The notes under the pieces: model-generated | What the model saw: the letters and a program-made list of their open reading frames with translations, nothing else | Databases searched by the model: none | What the model was told of the DNA's origin: nothing | Translations under genes and position numbers: made by a program | NCBI RefSeq assembly: GCF_036365525.1 | Contig: NC_090392.1 | Span: forward strand, 61,319,247-61,383,246 | Source: Heterodontus francisci | Taxonomy: Eukaryota | Length of the DNA stretch: 64,000 nt | Direction: 5' to 3' | Part shown: in pieces, positions 1-13,389 of the stretch | Position numbering within the stretch: the first letter of the stretch is position 1 | How the letters are laid out: every line of letters begins with the position of its first letter

Positions 1-640
1 TACTTAAATAAGGAGACCAAAGCTGTATGCAGTATTCTAGGTGCGGTCTCACCAATGCCCTTTACAGTTGTAGCAAGGCTTCTCTACTTTTATACTCCAA
101 CCCCCTTGCAATAAATGCCAAAATTCCATTTGCCTTCTTAATTGCTTGCTGTACCTGCATGCTAACTTCTTGTGATTGCTGTATAAGGATACCCAGATCC
201 CTCTGTATTACAGCATTCTGCAATTTCTATTTAAATAATATTCTGCTTTTCTATTGTTCCCACCAAGTGGATAACCTCATATTTTCCCACATTATTCTCC
301 ATCTATCAAATTTTTGCCCACTCACTTAACCTATCTATATCCCTTTGCGTCCTCCACCCATCTTTGTATCGTTAGCAAATTTGTCTATAATACACTCGGT
401 TCCTTCATCCAAGACATTAATATAGATCGTAAATAGTTGAGACCCTAGCACTGATCCCTGGGGAAGCCCACTAGTTACAGTTTACCAACATGAAAATTCC
501 CATTTATCCCAACTCTCTGTTTCCTGTTAGTTTGCCAATCTTCTATCCATGCTAATATATTACCCCCAAAACCATGAGCTCTTATTTTGTGTAGTAACCT
601 TTTATGTGGCACTTTCAAATGCCTTTTGGAAATCCAAATC
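1..640 (-). mobile_element. CR1-clade LINE fragment (RT region, degraded)
   Basis: The minus strand carries CR1 ORF2 motifs (DFQKAF, LVRPHLEYCIQLWSP) with frameshifts. Confidence 0.85.
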
Positions 641-1639
641 CAAATGGCACATTAGAATTGTTCTAAAGTCCATGTTCAAACTGACTTCACTGAGTATATA
701 AGTAAGCAAAAGTAGAGAGCTAAGTGGAAAAATAAGGCTGGAAAAATGTTATTGCACCAGGGCAATGTTTATATGACAAGCCCTGATTCTATGGATTTGC
801 TAACTGAATGACTAGGGTGAACAAAACGGTTGGATTTAACTGAATTTAAAGCTGACCTAATGTTTTGTTTAGAGCCACAGGGCTTTCATAAAGATTCAGC
901 TCCCATAACTCTCATCAGGGGACCTCCATAGCCGGTTCTTTATTTCCTCATTCTTTTTTTGCCTCTATTTTATTGATGTACACTACCTGATTTTCAACTG
1001 GACAGATTGTGGGCAGGGCATTTTTTGACACCAAGGGAGAATAACGCGGCAACTGGAATAAATCACAGTTCACTTCATGGATGTTATTGCCAGAATTCTG
1101 GAAAGAAATAAAGGGAACTGAAAGAAATAATTCATCACCACATGAAAATGTTCTGTGACCATTTAGCAGATACTGGAACTATGGACCATTGTGAAAGGAG
1201 TTGAATCATTTGAGTTAGTGGGATTTTGATTTTGAAAGCGTCACATAATAGCTTCAAAATTTTTCTAAGCAACACCCTTTTTGCCCGTAGGGTCAGCGAT
1301 AAGGAAATATTAGTATGAGCAACATAAAATTCCATGTGGTCTTCCAACCATCCTCCAGCAATGATCTCTGCTGCTACTACATGCAAAACCCACACATTTT
1401 ATTATTCATTTTAAAGGATATTGCTCAACATGTAAACATAGACATCACTGGTCAATTTTCAGTACGTTAGGGATTAAGGCATTTTAGATAATTATGCCAC
1501 AGCTGCACATTCTGACGCATAGCATTTTGACTTAAAGGCAGCAGACAGTTAAAACACGCAAGCAGATGTTACATCAAATTATTTAACTTTGCCACTTCAA
1601 CCAGTAGGAATGGGTTATACAGCCTATGCTAGTGAATAT

Positions 1640-2390
1640 GGGGGTAAAGTTTCTGCTTTGCCAATTCCCACGCAAATTGTGTCCAAAGTTACATCTGTTT
1701 TGAAAAGTGTTATTTCTCCCTCAAGTTTCCATTCGAACTCATTTGCATTTAGCTAAATGCAAAATCTGCCAAGAGCCAACACAGTTAGGTAACGTGTTAA
1801 AATGAAATATTTTTTTAAAAAATTAACTTTTAAAAATTTCCCTTCATATATTTAGAAGTAGTAACTTGGTGACATTTAATTAAAACAGCTGAAAGTAGGT
1901 TTATCATAAAAAATAAGCATTTTTAATTATTGTGTCAATCCACCATCTCTGAGGAATTGATTTTAAAGCACTCAAATTCACTTGAAAACATATATAAAAC
2001 TATTTTCTAGTTTTATCGGGGTACATGAGTCTGTTTCTTAATAAATTAAAACTAAGATCACCTTTAAAAGCTTTTAAAACTTACTTTTAGTGTCCTTGCA
2101 CCTAACAGAACCAGCTTAATTTTTAAAGCCTCCCTCAAGGCCCACAAATGAGCACAATTGGCGGAAACTCCCAATGGTGACTAATTCATGCTGTTGGAGT
2201 GGCTAATTATGGTGGGGGTGGAGCCTGCTTCTCGTGAGATATTTTTAAAACAAGCACAAAGGATCGCGAAAATTCAAGTTGCACTGAAAGCAAATGGCCC
2301 TTAAAATTCTGCGAGTTTTTGCGCCGGTTACGCTGATTTTGGCCGAATTGTGCTGAGAAACCAGCTTAACCAAGTGAAAACTCCAGGCCG
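1640..2390. mobile_element. Probable non-autonomous DNA transposon (MITE)
   Basis: GC-rich ends (GGGGTAAAGTTT ... AAAACTCCAGGCC) around an AT-rich core, like other MITEs in the window. Confidence 0.4.
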
Positions 2391-3338
2391 TGATGTTTTT
2401 GCGCTGGTGACAGTATAGGGCAGAAATAGCAAGTAGAACGGGAACTTTTTCAGGAAGTGAACTATTCATTCTTTATTTTGTTCATCCAGTAGGACGTTGC
2501 TTGTCATCCACGTCAGGAAAAGTACTTGGCGACACATCCCTTGAAAAAATTTAGTTTATTAGAGCTCTGATGACCTTTCTTTCCCCGAGCGTCTCATTAA
2601 TATGGCTTCAGTAAGAAGTTGACTAGCTCTTTTGTCTTCTTTCATCAACATCGGTACCTTTCTGTTAGTGGCCGGATACCTTTACTGAGAAAATTATTTT
2701 CTTTTCCCGTTCTTTCTTGACTAGTTGTTCATTGCTTTTATGATATCTCTGACATTGAGTACGTCTTTTTGAATTTTTATTGCATCTTTGGCTTTATTTT
2801 CATCACTTCAAAGGCCTTCCTTTATATGTTAGTGGAAGTTTCAGGAGAGCAGCTTTATATCAGTTTCACAGCTCTACTCCATTTACACTTCTTTTTGACA
2901 CCATTTTCCCCATCAGGTCCCGGCAGAAGCAGCACCAAGAAGTTCAGCAACATTTCTTGAAAGACTTTTGAAAAATGACTGTCTCCTGCCCAGAACAAAG
3001 GAAGTTAGCAAGTTTGTATAACTAATGGCAATTGATGGTGAGAGAACTGTATGTTTGCCATTGGTTAGAATTTTTAAATAAATGTTTGCTACCAAAAACT
3101 GTGTTGAATCTGATGTGTTGAGTTTTTTTTTCTTTCAGCACAAATCATGACTGGGGTCCTTTTTTATAACCTGTCCTACCATTTTTGTCAGTCGTTGCTG
3201 TGAATATGACTTCATTTCTGTCTTTCAGTTGTAGTTTTGTGTTGCAATGTAACTCATTATCTCCCAGTGAGGGACCACCTTGAAAAAAAGGAGGAAAGTT
3301 TGAACAGCCTTACAACGATCTGTGACAAAAAACAGCTT

Positions 3339-3619
3339 TGTTGTTTATTACGCAATGGTATTGTTTTATTTCTTGCTGATCTCAGTGCACAGGGTAAAAA
3401 TTAAATACAGTTGGCTGACTGTATTTAGTTGTATGCAGGTGATGGGCATTGACTGGGGATTTACTTGTGCCCCTATAAATAGGAACAGACTGAAACTTTT
3501 GTGGTTGGGTTGGGAGGTGCATGTTTGTAATATGTATCTCTGTAAATAAATGCTTATAAAAGTGTGTAAAGATTGGCTCCAGTTCTATCCTTCACCACCT
3601 AGCTTTCTGGAATATAGCA
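3339..3619 (+). mobile_element. Probable short solo LTR
   Basis: TG...CA ends, TATAAATA at about 3474 and AATAAA at about 3545; no TSD recognised. Confidence 0.45.
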
Positions 3620-4183
3620 AACTACAGAGAACATACATTATAGTCTGGTATGCTGAAAGCAAGAATATACATGTTCAGGTTGTAAGAGGTAGTTTAACAT
3701 TCTACTGTCATTCTGTTCAATAGAACTATTAGCGTCATTCTGTCCAATAGTGTCCCTGATAGTTACCTAGCAGGTATGAATGCATACAATGAAGGTGTTT
3801 AAGCTTCAAAGGATGCCAGAGATTACCTTGACCAACAAACATCCTTGGTAATTGGCAGCCTATGAATGGATGACCACCTAATAAAATCATAAGAAATCTA
3901 GCCTTTTCATATCCTTTGTTCTGGTCTATTTCTGAGTCTATCTTGGAGAAGTGCATGTGAAGGAGTTCTGATCAAATCACAAGGGAGTTAAATCCAGTAA
4001 AATTACAAAGCAGATGCTTACTGGAGTGACCAGTACCACTGTACCCGAAAGAATATCTAAGGGAGACCCAAACCTTGTAACACCAATCTTGAGCCCAAAC
4101 ATCAGGGGCTCACTTTTTGTCTTAAAATTAGTTGCAATGATGCAATTACAGATTGATCTAATTCTATTCTGTTTGATTCACAG

Positions 4184-4388
4184 GTGATCACTTATTCCTT
4201 GGGTAAAGTGTATGAAAATATAAGTCCAAAGATGAGAGGAAGAATCTCCTTTGCAGCAGATCAACTGATGGGAGATGCGTCCATTAAAATATCTTCCTTG
4301 CGTTCTACAGACTCAGGGCTATACACATGCAAAGTGAAAAACGGAGGAGATTATGACTGGAAGACTGCTATTAATCTTGTTGTTTTGG
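4184..4388 (+). CDS. CLMP: CLMP-like (CXADR-like membrane protein) coding exon, second half of Ig V domain
   Basis: cag acceptor at 4181-4183, gtaggt donor at 4389. Encodes VITYSLGKVYENISPKMRGRISFAADQLMGDASIKISSLRSTDSGLYTCKVKNGGDYDWKTAINLVVL, with the V-set DxGxYxC motif, and resembles human CLMP VITYSSRHVY...YTCKVKNSGRYVW. Orthologue versus paralogue is not resolved. Confidence 0.9.
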
Positions 4389-5389
4389 GTAGGTGGCTAG
4401 AAGATTTTCATTTTAATATTTGACTGTTTTTTAAAGTACTTAAACCTTTTTGTGGGCTTGGTATTGAAAAGGTGTAATAATAATGTCAAAATACGTGGCA
4501 AACATTCTTAAACAATATGGTATTTGGTCTGATTTATGGTAGTCCAGTAGGTTGTATAGAATTAGTTCACTTTTCAAAATATTTTTGAAGATATGCCCAT
4601 AATAAAAAATCTTACATTCGTACCACCTTTCTGTCTTTAAATCCTTACTTCCTGTTGTCATACTTATGCCGTTTGCAATATATATGCCATTGTTCAGATA
4701 TATAATGATATTCGCTTGTGTAAACTTGTCACATTTTTGTTACACTCTCCCTATAAAGGCAGCACTGTAGTGTTTCAGTATAGCGTCATCCCAGCTCCTC
4801 AGACTATGTGGAGAAGATCCTAAGCTCCAATCAACTCTACTGCTGTTTCCCAAAATACCACAATATTTGATTCTTAAGTAGAAAGAATAATAAAACATCA
4901 CAATGATGTTAGAATGGGGTGTGAATAATATTTCTGTGCCCTGGTCCAATTGTCCCACCCTCAAGTTTTACTTTACCCAAAGATTACGTTTAGTCTTCAT
5001 TCCTTGTGTACTATGCCACTGGAGTTTGATAAGTTGTATTAAACATATGGTGCACACTTCCTTTAGTGTCACGCTTACTTCCTGTAACACTTTCCCTGTT
5101 CGACATTTGTTTGGTCGAATTCCTATTGTTATGAAACAGTGTATTCTCTAGCTCACCATGAACAATCCTTTCAGAGATCTGTTATTTTAAATGTGAATTA
5201 GTGTCAGATTCATGCTCATGTATCATCAAGTATTACTTATTGTTAGAGGAGGATCACTGAATAATCCTTGGGCACTGCCAGGACATATTACTGGTGACAT
5301 ACTGTCTGTGACTACTTATTAAGACTTACTGGATAAGGGGAATATTTTATGGAATGGGATCAGAGCTTTCTAGGAATTATATAAGTTAA

Positions 5390-5605
5390 TAATAACACAA
5401 GAAATAGGAGGCAGAGGAGACTATATGGCCCCAGAAGCCTGCTAGGCCATTCAGTAAGATCATGGTGGATCTTTTACAGCAACTCCACTTTCCCACCCTA
5501 TCCCCATATCCTTTGATTCCCTTAGTGCCCAAAAATCTAATGAGCTCCATCTTGAAGATACTCAACAACTGAGCATCCACAGCTCTCTGGGGTAGAGAAT
5601 TCTTA
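5390..5605 (-). mobile_element. CR1 LINE 3' end fragment
   Basis: Minus strand reads IFKMELIRFLGTKGIKGYG, followed by the typical 3' tail. Confidence 0.75.
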
Positions 5606-5924
5606 AGAAAGTATCTTTTAGTTAGATTGTGTGACTTCCCATAGTAGGCCAGAAGATGTACTGTTTTATAAGGACAGGAGCATTATACTCTGTAAGGAAC
5701 AATATATTATTCTAGTGTAGCTGTGTGCAAACTAACTTTTCTTGTTCAAGGCCACTAGGTACAACTACTGTGCCTTCCTAGGTCATTTGTAGGTCAGACA
5801 AGTTTTCTATTTTGCGTAGGTGAGTCAGATGCAATATGAAGAACACAGACATAAGTTAGATGCTGATTTATAGATTTTATTTATCGTGTTATATTAGCAA
5901 CTATAATTTTAACCCCTTATTACG

Positions 5925-6190
5925 GAACATCTTTCAAATGAGACATTAAATCAAGGTCCTGCCTGCCCTCCTGTGCTGGCTGACACCTATCACCCAATCC
6001 ACATCATGAAAAACAGATTATCTGGATTTTTTTAAAATCACATTGCTGTTTGCGGGATCTTGCTGTGTAGAAACCAGCAGTTGTGTTCCCTACATTTCCA
6101 ACAGTAACTAGACTTCAAAAATAAAAAAAGTTCTTAAGCACTTGAGGGCGTCCATAGCTCATGAAAGGCACTGTTGAAATACAACATCTC
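5925..6190 (+). mobile_element. Deu-domain SINE remnant
   Basis: acagattatctgg...cacattgctgtttgcgggatcttgctgtg core shared with the copy at 49580-49935. Confidence 0.7.
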
Positions 6191-7213
6191 ACCTTCTTTA
6201 ATTATATTAGAAGCCGATTTTCCTCAACCCTGGGGGAAACATGCCAAAGTCAAGGTCATCTACAGGTCAAATCATGGATTTGATTTATTTTAAGATACAA
6301 GTGGAATGGTGACAGTCTTTGATTTGTGCTCGCACAAATAAACAGTACATTTACCTGGAGTGCCACCTACTGTATGTTCCGAAGAACTAGCAAGAAAGTA
6401 TTTTTTTGCCTGTCTTCTCCACTGCTGCTCTCTGGTGTGAGAGTTTACTTATGAGGGATGGCTAGAGAAACTGGGGCTCTTTTTCTTCGAACAAAGAAGT
6501 TTAAGAGGAGATTCAAGAAAGGCTTTCAAAAATTCTAAGGAGTTTTAATATGATCGGTCAGTCAGGAAAAACTAGAGGGCATTAATTTGAAATAATCATA
6601 CAACAAACAAAGGAGAGATTAGGAGAGCGTGTTTTATCTTGGGGTTTGTTAGAAGATAGAATATCCGATCAGAAACAATGGTGGAAGCACTTTTATAATG
6701 GCTTTCATAATAGAAGTAAATAAAATATTTTAATTTTGTTCTTTCTAAAAGGTTATGAGGTTGGTTCATATGTGCCCTGCATTGATCTCATGGTATTCTG
6801 TCTGGTGTATATGTGCCTTGTGGAGTGAAGTGTTAACAAATAATGGTGTCTGAACGTATGAAGCTGTGGCAGATCCAGCTAAACAAATGAAACAAGCTAT
6901 TGTGCTTTCAAATGCAGCTTCTTTATCATCAATGCTCTTTTGATATCAAATACCTCTTCTGCTCCTGTGGGAAACACCGCTTGTACCTATTTGTAATACA
7001 TATATGATTGACAAATAAGAGTTTATGGACAGTTGCACAGATCATACAGTACACAGATGTGCCTATACTGTACTAATATATCTGAATTCCTACCATTTAC
7101 CCAATGTGCATTTTAACCAGCTATAATGAAGACAATTAATCACACCTGTTATAAAATGCAATATACCGATTAAAATGTGAGATCTCAATCAAAATATCTC
7201 TGTTCTACTTCAG

Positions 7214-7381
7214 TCAGACCTTCTAAGCCCAAGTGTTGGACCCAAGGGCAGTTACTACAAGGAAATGATATCAAACTTCAGTGTAAATCAGAGAAAGGCA
7301 CTGATCCCATCGTGTATAGTTGGAAACATGTTTCAGAAACAGAAGAACACCAAGCCAAAGTTGGTACCAGTTTAAGCATAG
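7214..7381 (+). CDS. CLMP: CLMP-like coding exon, first half of Ig C2 domain
   Basis: ttcag acceptor; phase-1 join gives VRPSKPKCWTQGQLLQGNDIKLQCKSEKGTDPIVYSWKHVSETEEHQAKVGTSLSI. The AG|gttggt donor at 7382 gives 168 bp and keeps the W-to-D spacing of human CLMP. Confidence 0.88.
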
Positions 7382-7517
7382 GTTGGTGAATAAAATTTTA
7401 CAGAAGACTGGATTTATTCTAATCCCACATAGGACGCATTTTCCAAATCAGGGTATTCTGCTTATACTCATTTTTGTATAGTACAAAGGATTTCAAATCA
7501 GATTTGTACGGCTAAAG

Positions 7518-7792
7518 AAAGTACTCGAAACGTTTAACAGGTTAGCCAGCATCTGTTAAGAGAACAGATTTTTCAGATACGGACCGTTCATTGGAAGTGG
7601 GAGACATTACAGACATAAGGCATTTTTTTTAAAAAAGCTGTCCATCTGTGATATCATCCAATTCTGGCAAAGAATTCACAGATGAAACATCTGTTCTCTC
7701 CACTAGTGCTGGCTGCTCTGCTGAGTGCTTCCAGCATTTTATTTTTGTTTTTAATTCAGCTTTCCACCACCCGTGGTCTTTTTTGCTTTTTG
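7518..7792. mobile_element. Degraded fold-back Penelope-derived element
   Basis: Diverged match to the cagcatctg / ctgctgagtgcttccagcatttt arms of the 46396-46614 element. Confidence 0.55.
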
Positions 7793-8397
7793 TTTAATGA
7801 AAAATGTATGTGAGCAACAGTAGTGTCGCTGAAATATCCAGATGAGTTACAGTGCTGCAGCGAGGATGCTCTCCCTCTGATGTTATGTTCCCTTAGTTTT
7901 CCATAATTACACTATTTTTGAATGTTAACTATTTGAGGATGATTAGAATTTAAAATAATATGGACAACTCCATACACAACATCTAACATCCAATACTGGC
8001 AGACAGTGAAGGACTGCGCAATACATTTCCCCTTGCAGTGAGCTCCTGATCACTGTTATGCCAGCAAGGGAGGTACAGAGCAAAGACTAAGTGCTTTCCA
8101 ACAAAGACAGAGATAGAAATTCAGAAGCAATTTTACATTGGGACATTCAAGCACTTCCTAGTGTCCAGTGACTAAGTGACACTTATTTAGACCTGGAAGG
8201 TGGTCATTTGCTTGCCTATTGGTCCGGATATGTCATGTACCTAAAAGAAACACAGGAAAAGGAAAGGAAGAAAAAAACCTCACAAAGATAAAGAGTTCTG
8301 AGTGGGAACATAGTTCAGTGAAAATATCTTATAGCATGAAAAATTGCTCCAAAATACATTTAGCAAACATGTGATAGAAATTTTCCAAAGTTGCAAA

Positions 8398-10935
8398 CAT
8401 AGAATCATAGAAGGTTTACAGCACAGAAAGAGGCCAATTGGCCCATCATGTCTGTGCCAGCCAAAAAACAATCCACCCATCCTAATCCCACTTCCGAACA
8501 TTCGTTCTGCAGCCCTGCAGATTACGGCACTTGAAGTGCGTATCCAGACTCCTTTTGAATGAGTTAAGGGTTTCTGCCTCAACTACCCTTTCAGCCAGTG
8601 AGTTCTAGATCCCCACAACCCTCTGGATGAAAACGTTTTTCCTTATCTCCCCTCTAATCTTTCTACCAATCACAGGCAGATGTCCAGTCACCAAAATGAG
8701 GAAGCCAATGACAGTCTCTGATCCACAACTGCTTTATTGGCGATTCATATTTCAGTCCAAACATCAGTTCCCACTCTGTCTTTCTGGACTAACTCTCTGT
8801 CTAGAGACAACTCCCCAACTGACTAAAAACCCAGCCTTTAAATACAAAACTATAATGAGCATCACCTGCTTTCTATTAACACTGAAATGAGTCCTGTTTA
8901 ATTAAAGGGACCAGCATTTTCAATATTGTCAACTGACCTCTCTGCTAAGAAACAGACCCTTCACTTCCACTCTATCCAAGTCCCTCAAAATTTTGCACAT
9001 TTCAATCAGATCTCTCCTCAGCTTTCTCTGTTCCAAGGAGAACAACCCCAGGCTATCCAATCTTTCCTCCTAGCTGCATTTTTCCAGTCCCGGCAACATC
9101 CTCGTAAATCTCCTTTGTACCCTCTCTAGTGCAATTACATCCTTTCTGTAATGAGGTGACCAGAACAGCACACAGTACTCAAGTTGTAGCCTAACCAATG
9201 ATTTATACATTTCCAGAATAATCACCCGACTCTTATATTCTATACCTTGGCTAATAAAGAAAAGGATTCCATATGCCTTCTTAACCACCTTATCGACCTG
9301 TCCTGCTACCTTCAGGGATCTGTGGACATTCACTCCAAGATCCCTCACTTCCTCTACACTTCTCAGTATTCTCCCATTAATTGTGTATTCCTTTGATTTG
9401 TTTGACCTCCCCAAATGCATCACCTCACACTTCTCCGGGTTGAATTCCATTTGCCACTTTTCTGCCCGCCTGACCAGTCCATTGATATCTTCCTGCAGTC
9501 TACAGGTATCCTACTCGCTATCTACCACACGGCCAATCTTTGTATCATCTTCAAACTTCTTGATCATGCCCCCTACATTTACATCCAAATCGTTAATATA
9601 TACCACAAAAAGCAGGGGACCCAGTACTGAGCCCTACGGAACGCCACTGGAAACAGCCCTCCAATCGCAAAAACACCCATCAACAATTTCCCTTTGTTTC
9701 CTGCCACTGAGCTAATTTTGTAGCCACCTTGCTGCATTTCCCTGGATCCTATGGGATTTTATTTTTTTAACTAGTCTGCCATGTGGGACCTTGTCAAAAG
9801 CCTTGCTAAAATCCATGTAGACCACATCAACTGCACTACCCTCATCTATCTTCCTTGTTACTTCTTCAAAAAATTCGATCAAGTTGATTAGACAAGATCT
9901 TCTCTTAACAAATCCATGCTGACTATCCTTGATTAATCTGTGCCTTTCTAAGTGACAGTTAATCCTATCTCTCAGAATAGATTCCAATAATTTGCCCACT
10001 ACTGAGGTTAGACTGACTGGCCTGTAATTATTCGGTCTATCCCTTGCTCCCTTTTTTAATAGAGGTACAACATTAGCAGTCCTCCAATCTTCCGGCACCA
10101 CACCTGTATCCAGTGAGGACTGGAAAATGATGGTCAGACCATCTGCTATTTCATCTCTTGCGTCTTTTAACAGTCAGCCCTGGTGATTTATCAACTTTCA
10201 AGGATGCTAATTCCATTAATACTTCCTTGCTCCCTATGTTTATCACATCCAATATTTCACACTCCTCCTCCTTAACTACAATATCTGCATCGTCCCTCTT
10301 TTGTGAAGACAGACACAAAGTATTCATTAAGAACAATACCAACATCTTCCACCCCTACACATAGGTTACCTATTTGATATTTTATGGGCTCTACTCTTTC
10401 CTTAGTTATCCTCTTACTCTGAATGTATTGATAAAACATCTTTGGGTTCACCTTGATTTTGCTTGCCATTATTCTTTCATGCTCTCTCTTAGCTTTCCTA
10501 ATTTCCTTTTTGATTTCATCCCTCCACTTTCTATACTCTTCTCAGCTTTCTGTAGTATTGAGTTCTCGGTGTCGGACATAAACTTTCCTTTTCTGCCTTA
10601 TCTTACCCTGTAAGCTCCTTGACATCCATGGGGCTCTAGATTTGGCCATCTCATCCTTTTTCTTTGTGGGAATGTGTTTACTCTGAACCCCTTGAATCTC
10701 CCATTGGAATGCCTCCCACTGCTCTGACACTGATTTATCTTCAAGTAGCTGTTTCCAGTCCACTTTCGCTAACTCACTCCTCAGCTTAGTAAAATTGGCC
10801 TAGCCCCAACTGAGAACTCTAACTCCTGTTCTATCCTTGTCCTTTTCCATAATTAAGTTAAAACTGACTGAATTATGATCACTACCACTAAAATGCTCTC
10901 CCACTGCCACTCCTTCCACCTGCACATCTTCATTT
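8398..10935 (-). mobile_element. 5'-truncated CR1 LINE (ORF2 RT), interrupted at about 8675-8922 by an LTR-like insert
   Basis: ORFs 9712-10101 (NYRPVSLTSVVGK...YMDFSKAFDKVPH) and 9070-9450 (FNPEKCEVMHLG...LEYCVLFWSPHY); catagaa tail repeats at 8398. Confidence 0.92.
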
Positions 10936-10945
10936 CCATCTTAAA

Positions 10946-11221
10946 CCATAGAACCATAGAAAAGTTACGGCACAGAAGGAGGCCATTCAGCCTGTCGTGT
11001 CTGCGCTTGCAGAAAAAATTAGCTGCCCAATCTAATCCCACCTTCCAGCACCTGGTCTGTAGCCTTGCAGGTTGCAACACTTCAGTTGCGTGTCCAGGTA
11101 CCTTTTTAAAGAGTTGAGGGTTTCTGCCTCCACCACCGATCCGGGCAGTAAATTCCAGACACCCGCCACCCTCTGGGTGAAAGTTTTTCCACATGTCCCC
11201 TCTAATCCTTCTACCAATCAC
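10946..11221 (-). mobile_element. CR1 LINE 3' end fragment
   Basis: catagaa tail repeats; FTQRVAGVWNLLP motif. Confidence 0.85.
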
Positions 11222-11332
11222 TCAAGGTTTAATTTGCAGTAATTTACTCTTTGAGATAATCTTTGAATTGTTGCCTTGTCAAATGCCCCGTGCAGAATTC
11301 ACCATGTAACTACGTTGTACTTGCTTTTTCAG

Positions 11333-11455
11333 ATTCAAAAACTCCAGAAATGCTGTTTCTGAGGAACTTGAGCCATGCAAATGCTGGACAATATCAGTGC
11401 AGTGCCACGAATGAAGCAGGGGAAGCAAGCTGCTTCATTAATATTGCGATTATGC
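11333..11455 (+). CDS. CLMP: CLMP-like coding exon, second half of Ig C2 domain
   Basis: tttttcag acceptor, gtgagt donor. Encodes (D)SKTPEMLFLRNLSHANAGQYQCSATNEAGEASCFINIAIM, with an NLS sequon and the YQC..NEAG..SC motif of the CTX family. Confidence 0.9.
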
Positions 11456-11554
11456 GTGAGTTATTTCACTGAATAAACAAAATCAAAGAATTTGGGGATT
11501 GCACTCAAAAGTGCGCAGGCAACGATACAGCTTAAATCAGATTTATTCACAATT

Positions 11555-12312
11555 ACCCAGATTTTGCTGTTGTAATGACAGTGAAACTGTCAGGGATCGC
11601 CATCATTACTTTGTGAAACTGACAGGAACTTCTGTCGTTTGTACATGTGGCATTAAATGTGGAAATCCAGCAGTTGCTGCCAGTGAGTCCCTGCTCCTCT
11701 GCTTTCAAAGCCCTCACAAATTGAAATCAATTAGAAATCACTGCATTGATTTGACATTCTACTTTTTCTTCTCTGTTTTCATTATAAAAACCCTTGAAAA
11801 GTTAAACCTTGTTGAATCAGGTGTAACTGGGTTTTTAACAGTGTACTAAGTCATAATTACTGTTGAACATCTCTGGTCCTGCAAACCTAATTTTATATTT
11901 GTGGAATGGCAAATTTCTCTGTTGCATGATAAAACATTTCATAGATTTTTTCCATAAATTTTTTAAAATAAGAAAAATTATCTTTTTTAAAGTTTTTTTT
12001 TCTTTTTCAGCTTCTATCTTAATCCCAAGTGTATGTCCCAATCTCTACTTCGCTTTCTGTAAAATTATCAAAAGTGAATGATAAAACCTACTTGTTAGTT
12101 CCTCATTTGCTGTCTGTGAGAATTCTTCAATGTGATTGGCTGCTTAGCCTGCCTAATGACATCACTGTTGCTGGATGCCGGAGCTGTCCTAGAGCTGGCA
12201 CCAGAATGAAATTAGCATTGGGAACTACGGAACTCACTAGATCTTTGTGGCAGCTTTTTTCAAGGTTAGCGGTGAGCACCATCACTTCACAGCGGACTGC
12301 AAAATACAGGCC
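11555..12312. mobile_element. MITE, GGCC..TTTTGC terminal family
   Basis: Ends in ...gactgcaaaatacaggcc; internal ttaaatgtggaaatcc motif shared with the copies at 18249-18990 and 44205-44936. Confidence 0.55.
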
Positions 12313-12727
12313 AATAAAATTTATGGTGGCTTATGGGGAGAATGAAGATGTTTGTGCCATGTGACCTATTTTTAAATTTAGTGTGTGCCATGTGAAAAAA
12401 AAGTCCAAAAATGTATCTTTTTAAGTAAATGCTATTTGGATGGTCTGCTTAATTATGAGGGTCATAGTTCAAGCTTGACAGAGTGGCAAAATAGAAATTC
12501 TGAATTCACAATTACCATGTTCAACAATAATGAGCACAAAACAGAAATAAGCTTACTTTAAGAAGCTGGTGAAAAACATATGTCACCAAAAAGTGTTTTT
12601 TTTAACAAGAAGAGTGCCAATAGAAATCCACATTCCCACTAAAATAAGCAGATGCATATTTTCTTTCAAATTAATTTAATTGGACAAGGATGCCAATATT
12701 AATTTGCAAACTTAATTTTATTTCCAG

Positions 12728-12869
12728 ATGTGAGAGATCCTGGGATCATTGCTGGTGCTGTAATTGGAGTTATTCTTGGGCTACTGTTAATCTTCCTTAT
12801 TGTCTGGTTCACACTGTCCAGAAAAGAAAAACATAAGTATGAGGAAGAGGAAATGCCAAATGAGATCAG
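12728..12869 (+). CDS. CLMP: CLMP-like transmembrane exon
   Basis: tttccag acceptor, gtagag donor. Encodes (H)VRDPGIIAGAVIGVILGLLLIFLIVWFTLSRKEKHKYEEEEMPNEIR: a hydrophobic TM helix followed by the CLMP/CXADR YEEE.PNEIR motif. Confidence 0.92.
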
Positions 12870-13389
12870 GTAGAGTTGCAATCAATGGTTTAAGATGTAC
12901 AAACGTGGTAGTTAACATGGGTTTCAGGCCAGTTATCCCTCAGATTTTGAATATTAATACTGACCTTGTCACTAACTACTGGTGAGGTATGACAGAAATC
13001 TCAGTCTGAGCAAATATTCATTGCCTCATCCCTGTGACTTAATTCTAACCCCAGTTTCTGCACCAGTCCAATGTTTACATTTTTGATAGTGTTTATTCTT
13101 GTGGTTTCTGATCCTGTCATTGTGCCACACAAACATTTTCATCACTATCTCGAACAACTGTCTGATGCTGCTGGTGGAGGTGTAAGAGAGGCTACTTCCT
13201 AAAGGTCGTGCAATACTTTGCTCCACAGCAGTTGCAGTACGACTAAGCCCATATAATTTTTACTTTTTTAAACTTTAGATTGTCCTGTCAGGCCTTTTTA
13301 ATATAGCTGAAAACATACTAGGGTTCTACAGGAGTTGTTAAGTACAACCCTACTTTGGCACATAAGTATGGAGCTCATGACGGCCGATA

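Noticed and set aside
3130-3260. Candidate upstream CLMP-like exon after tttcag acceptors
   Set aside because: No frame gives a signal peptide or the LPC..LDIEW V-domain motif; those exons probably lie before the window.
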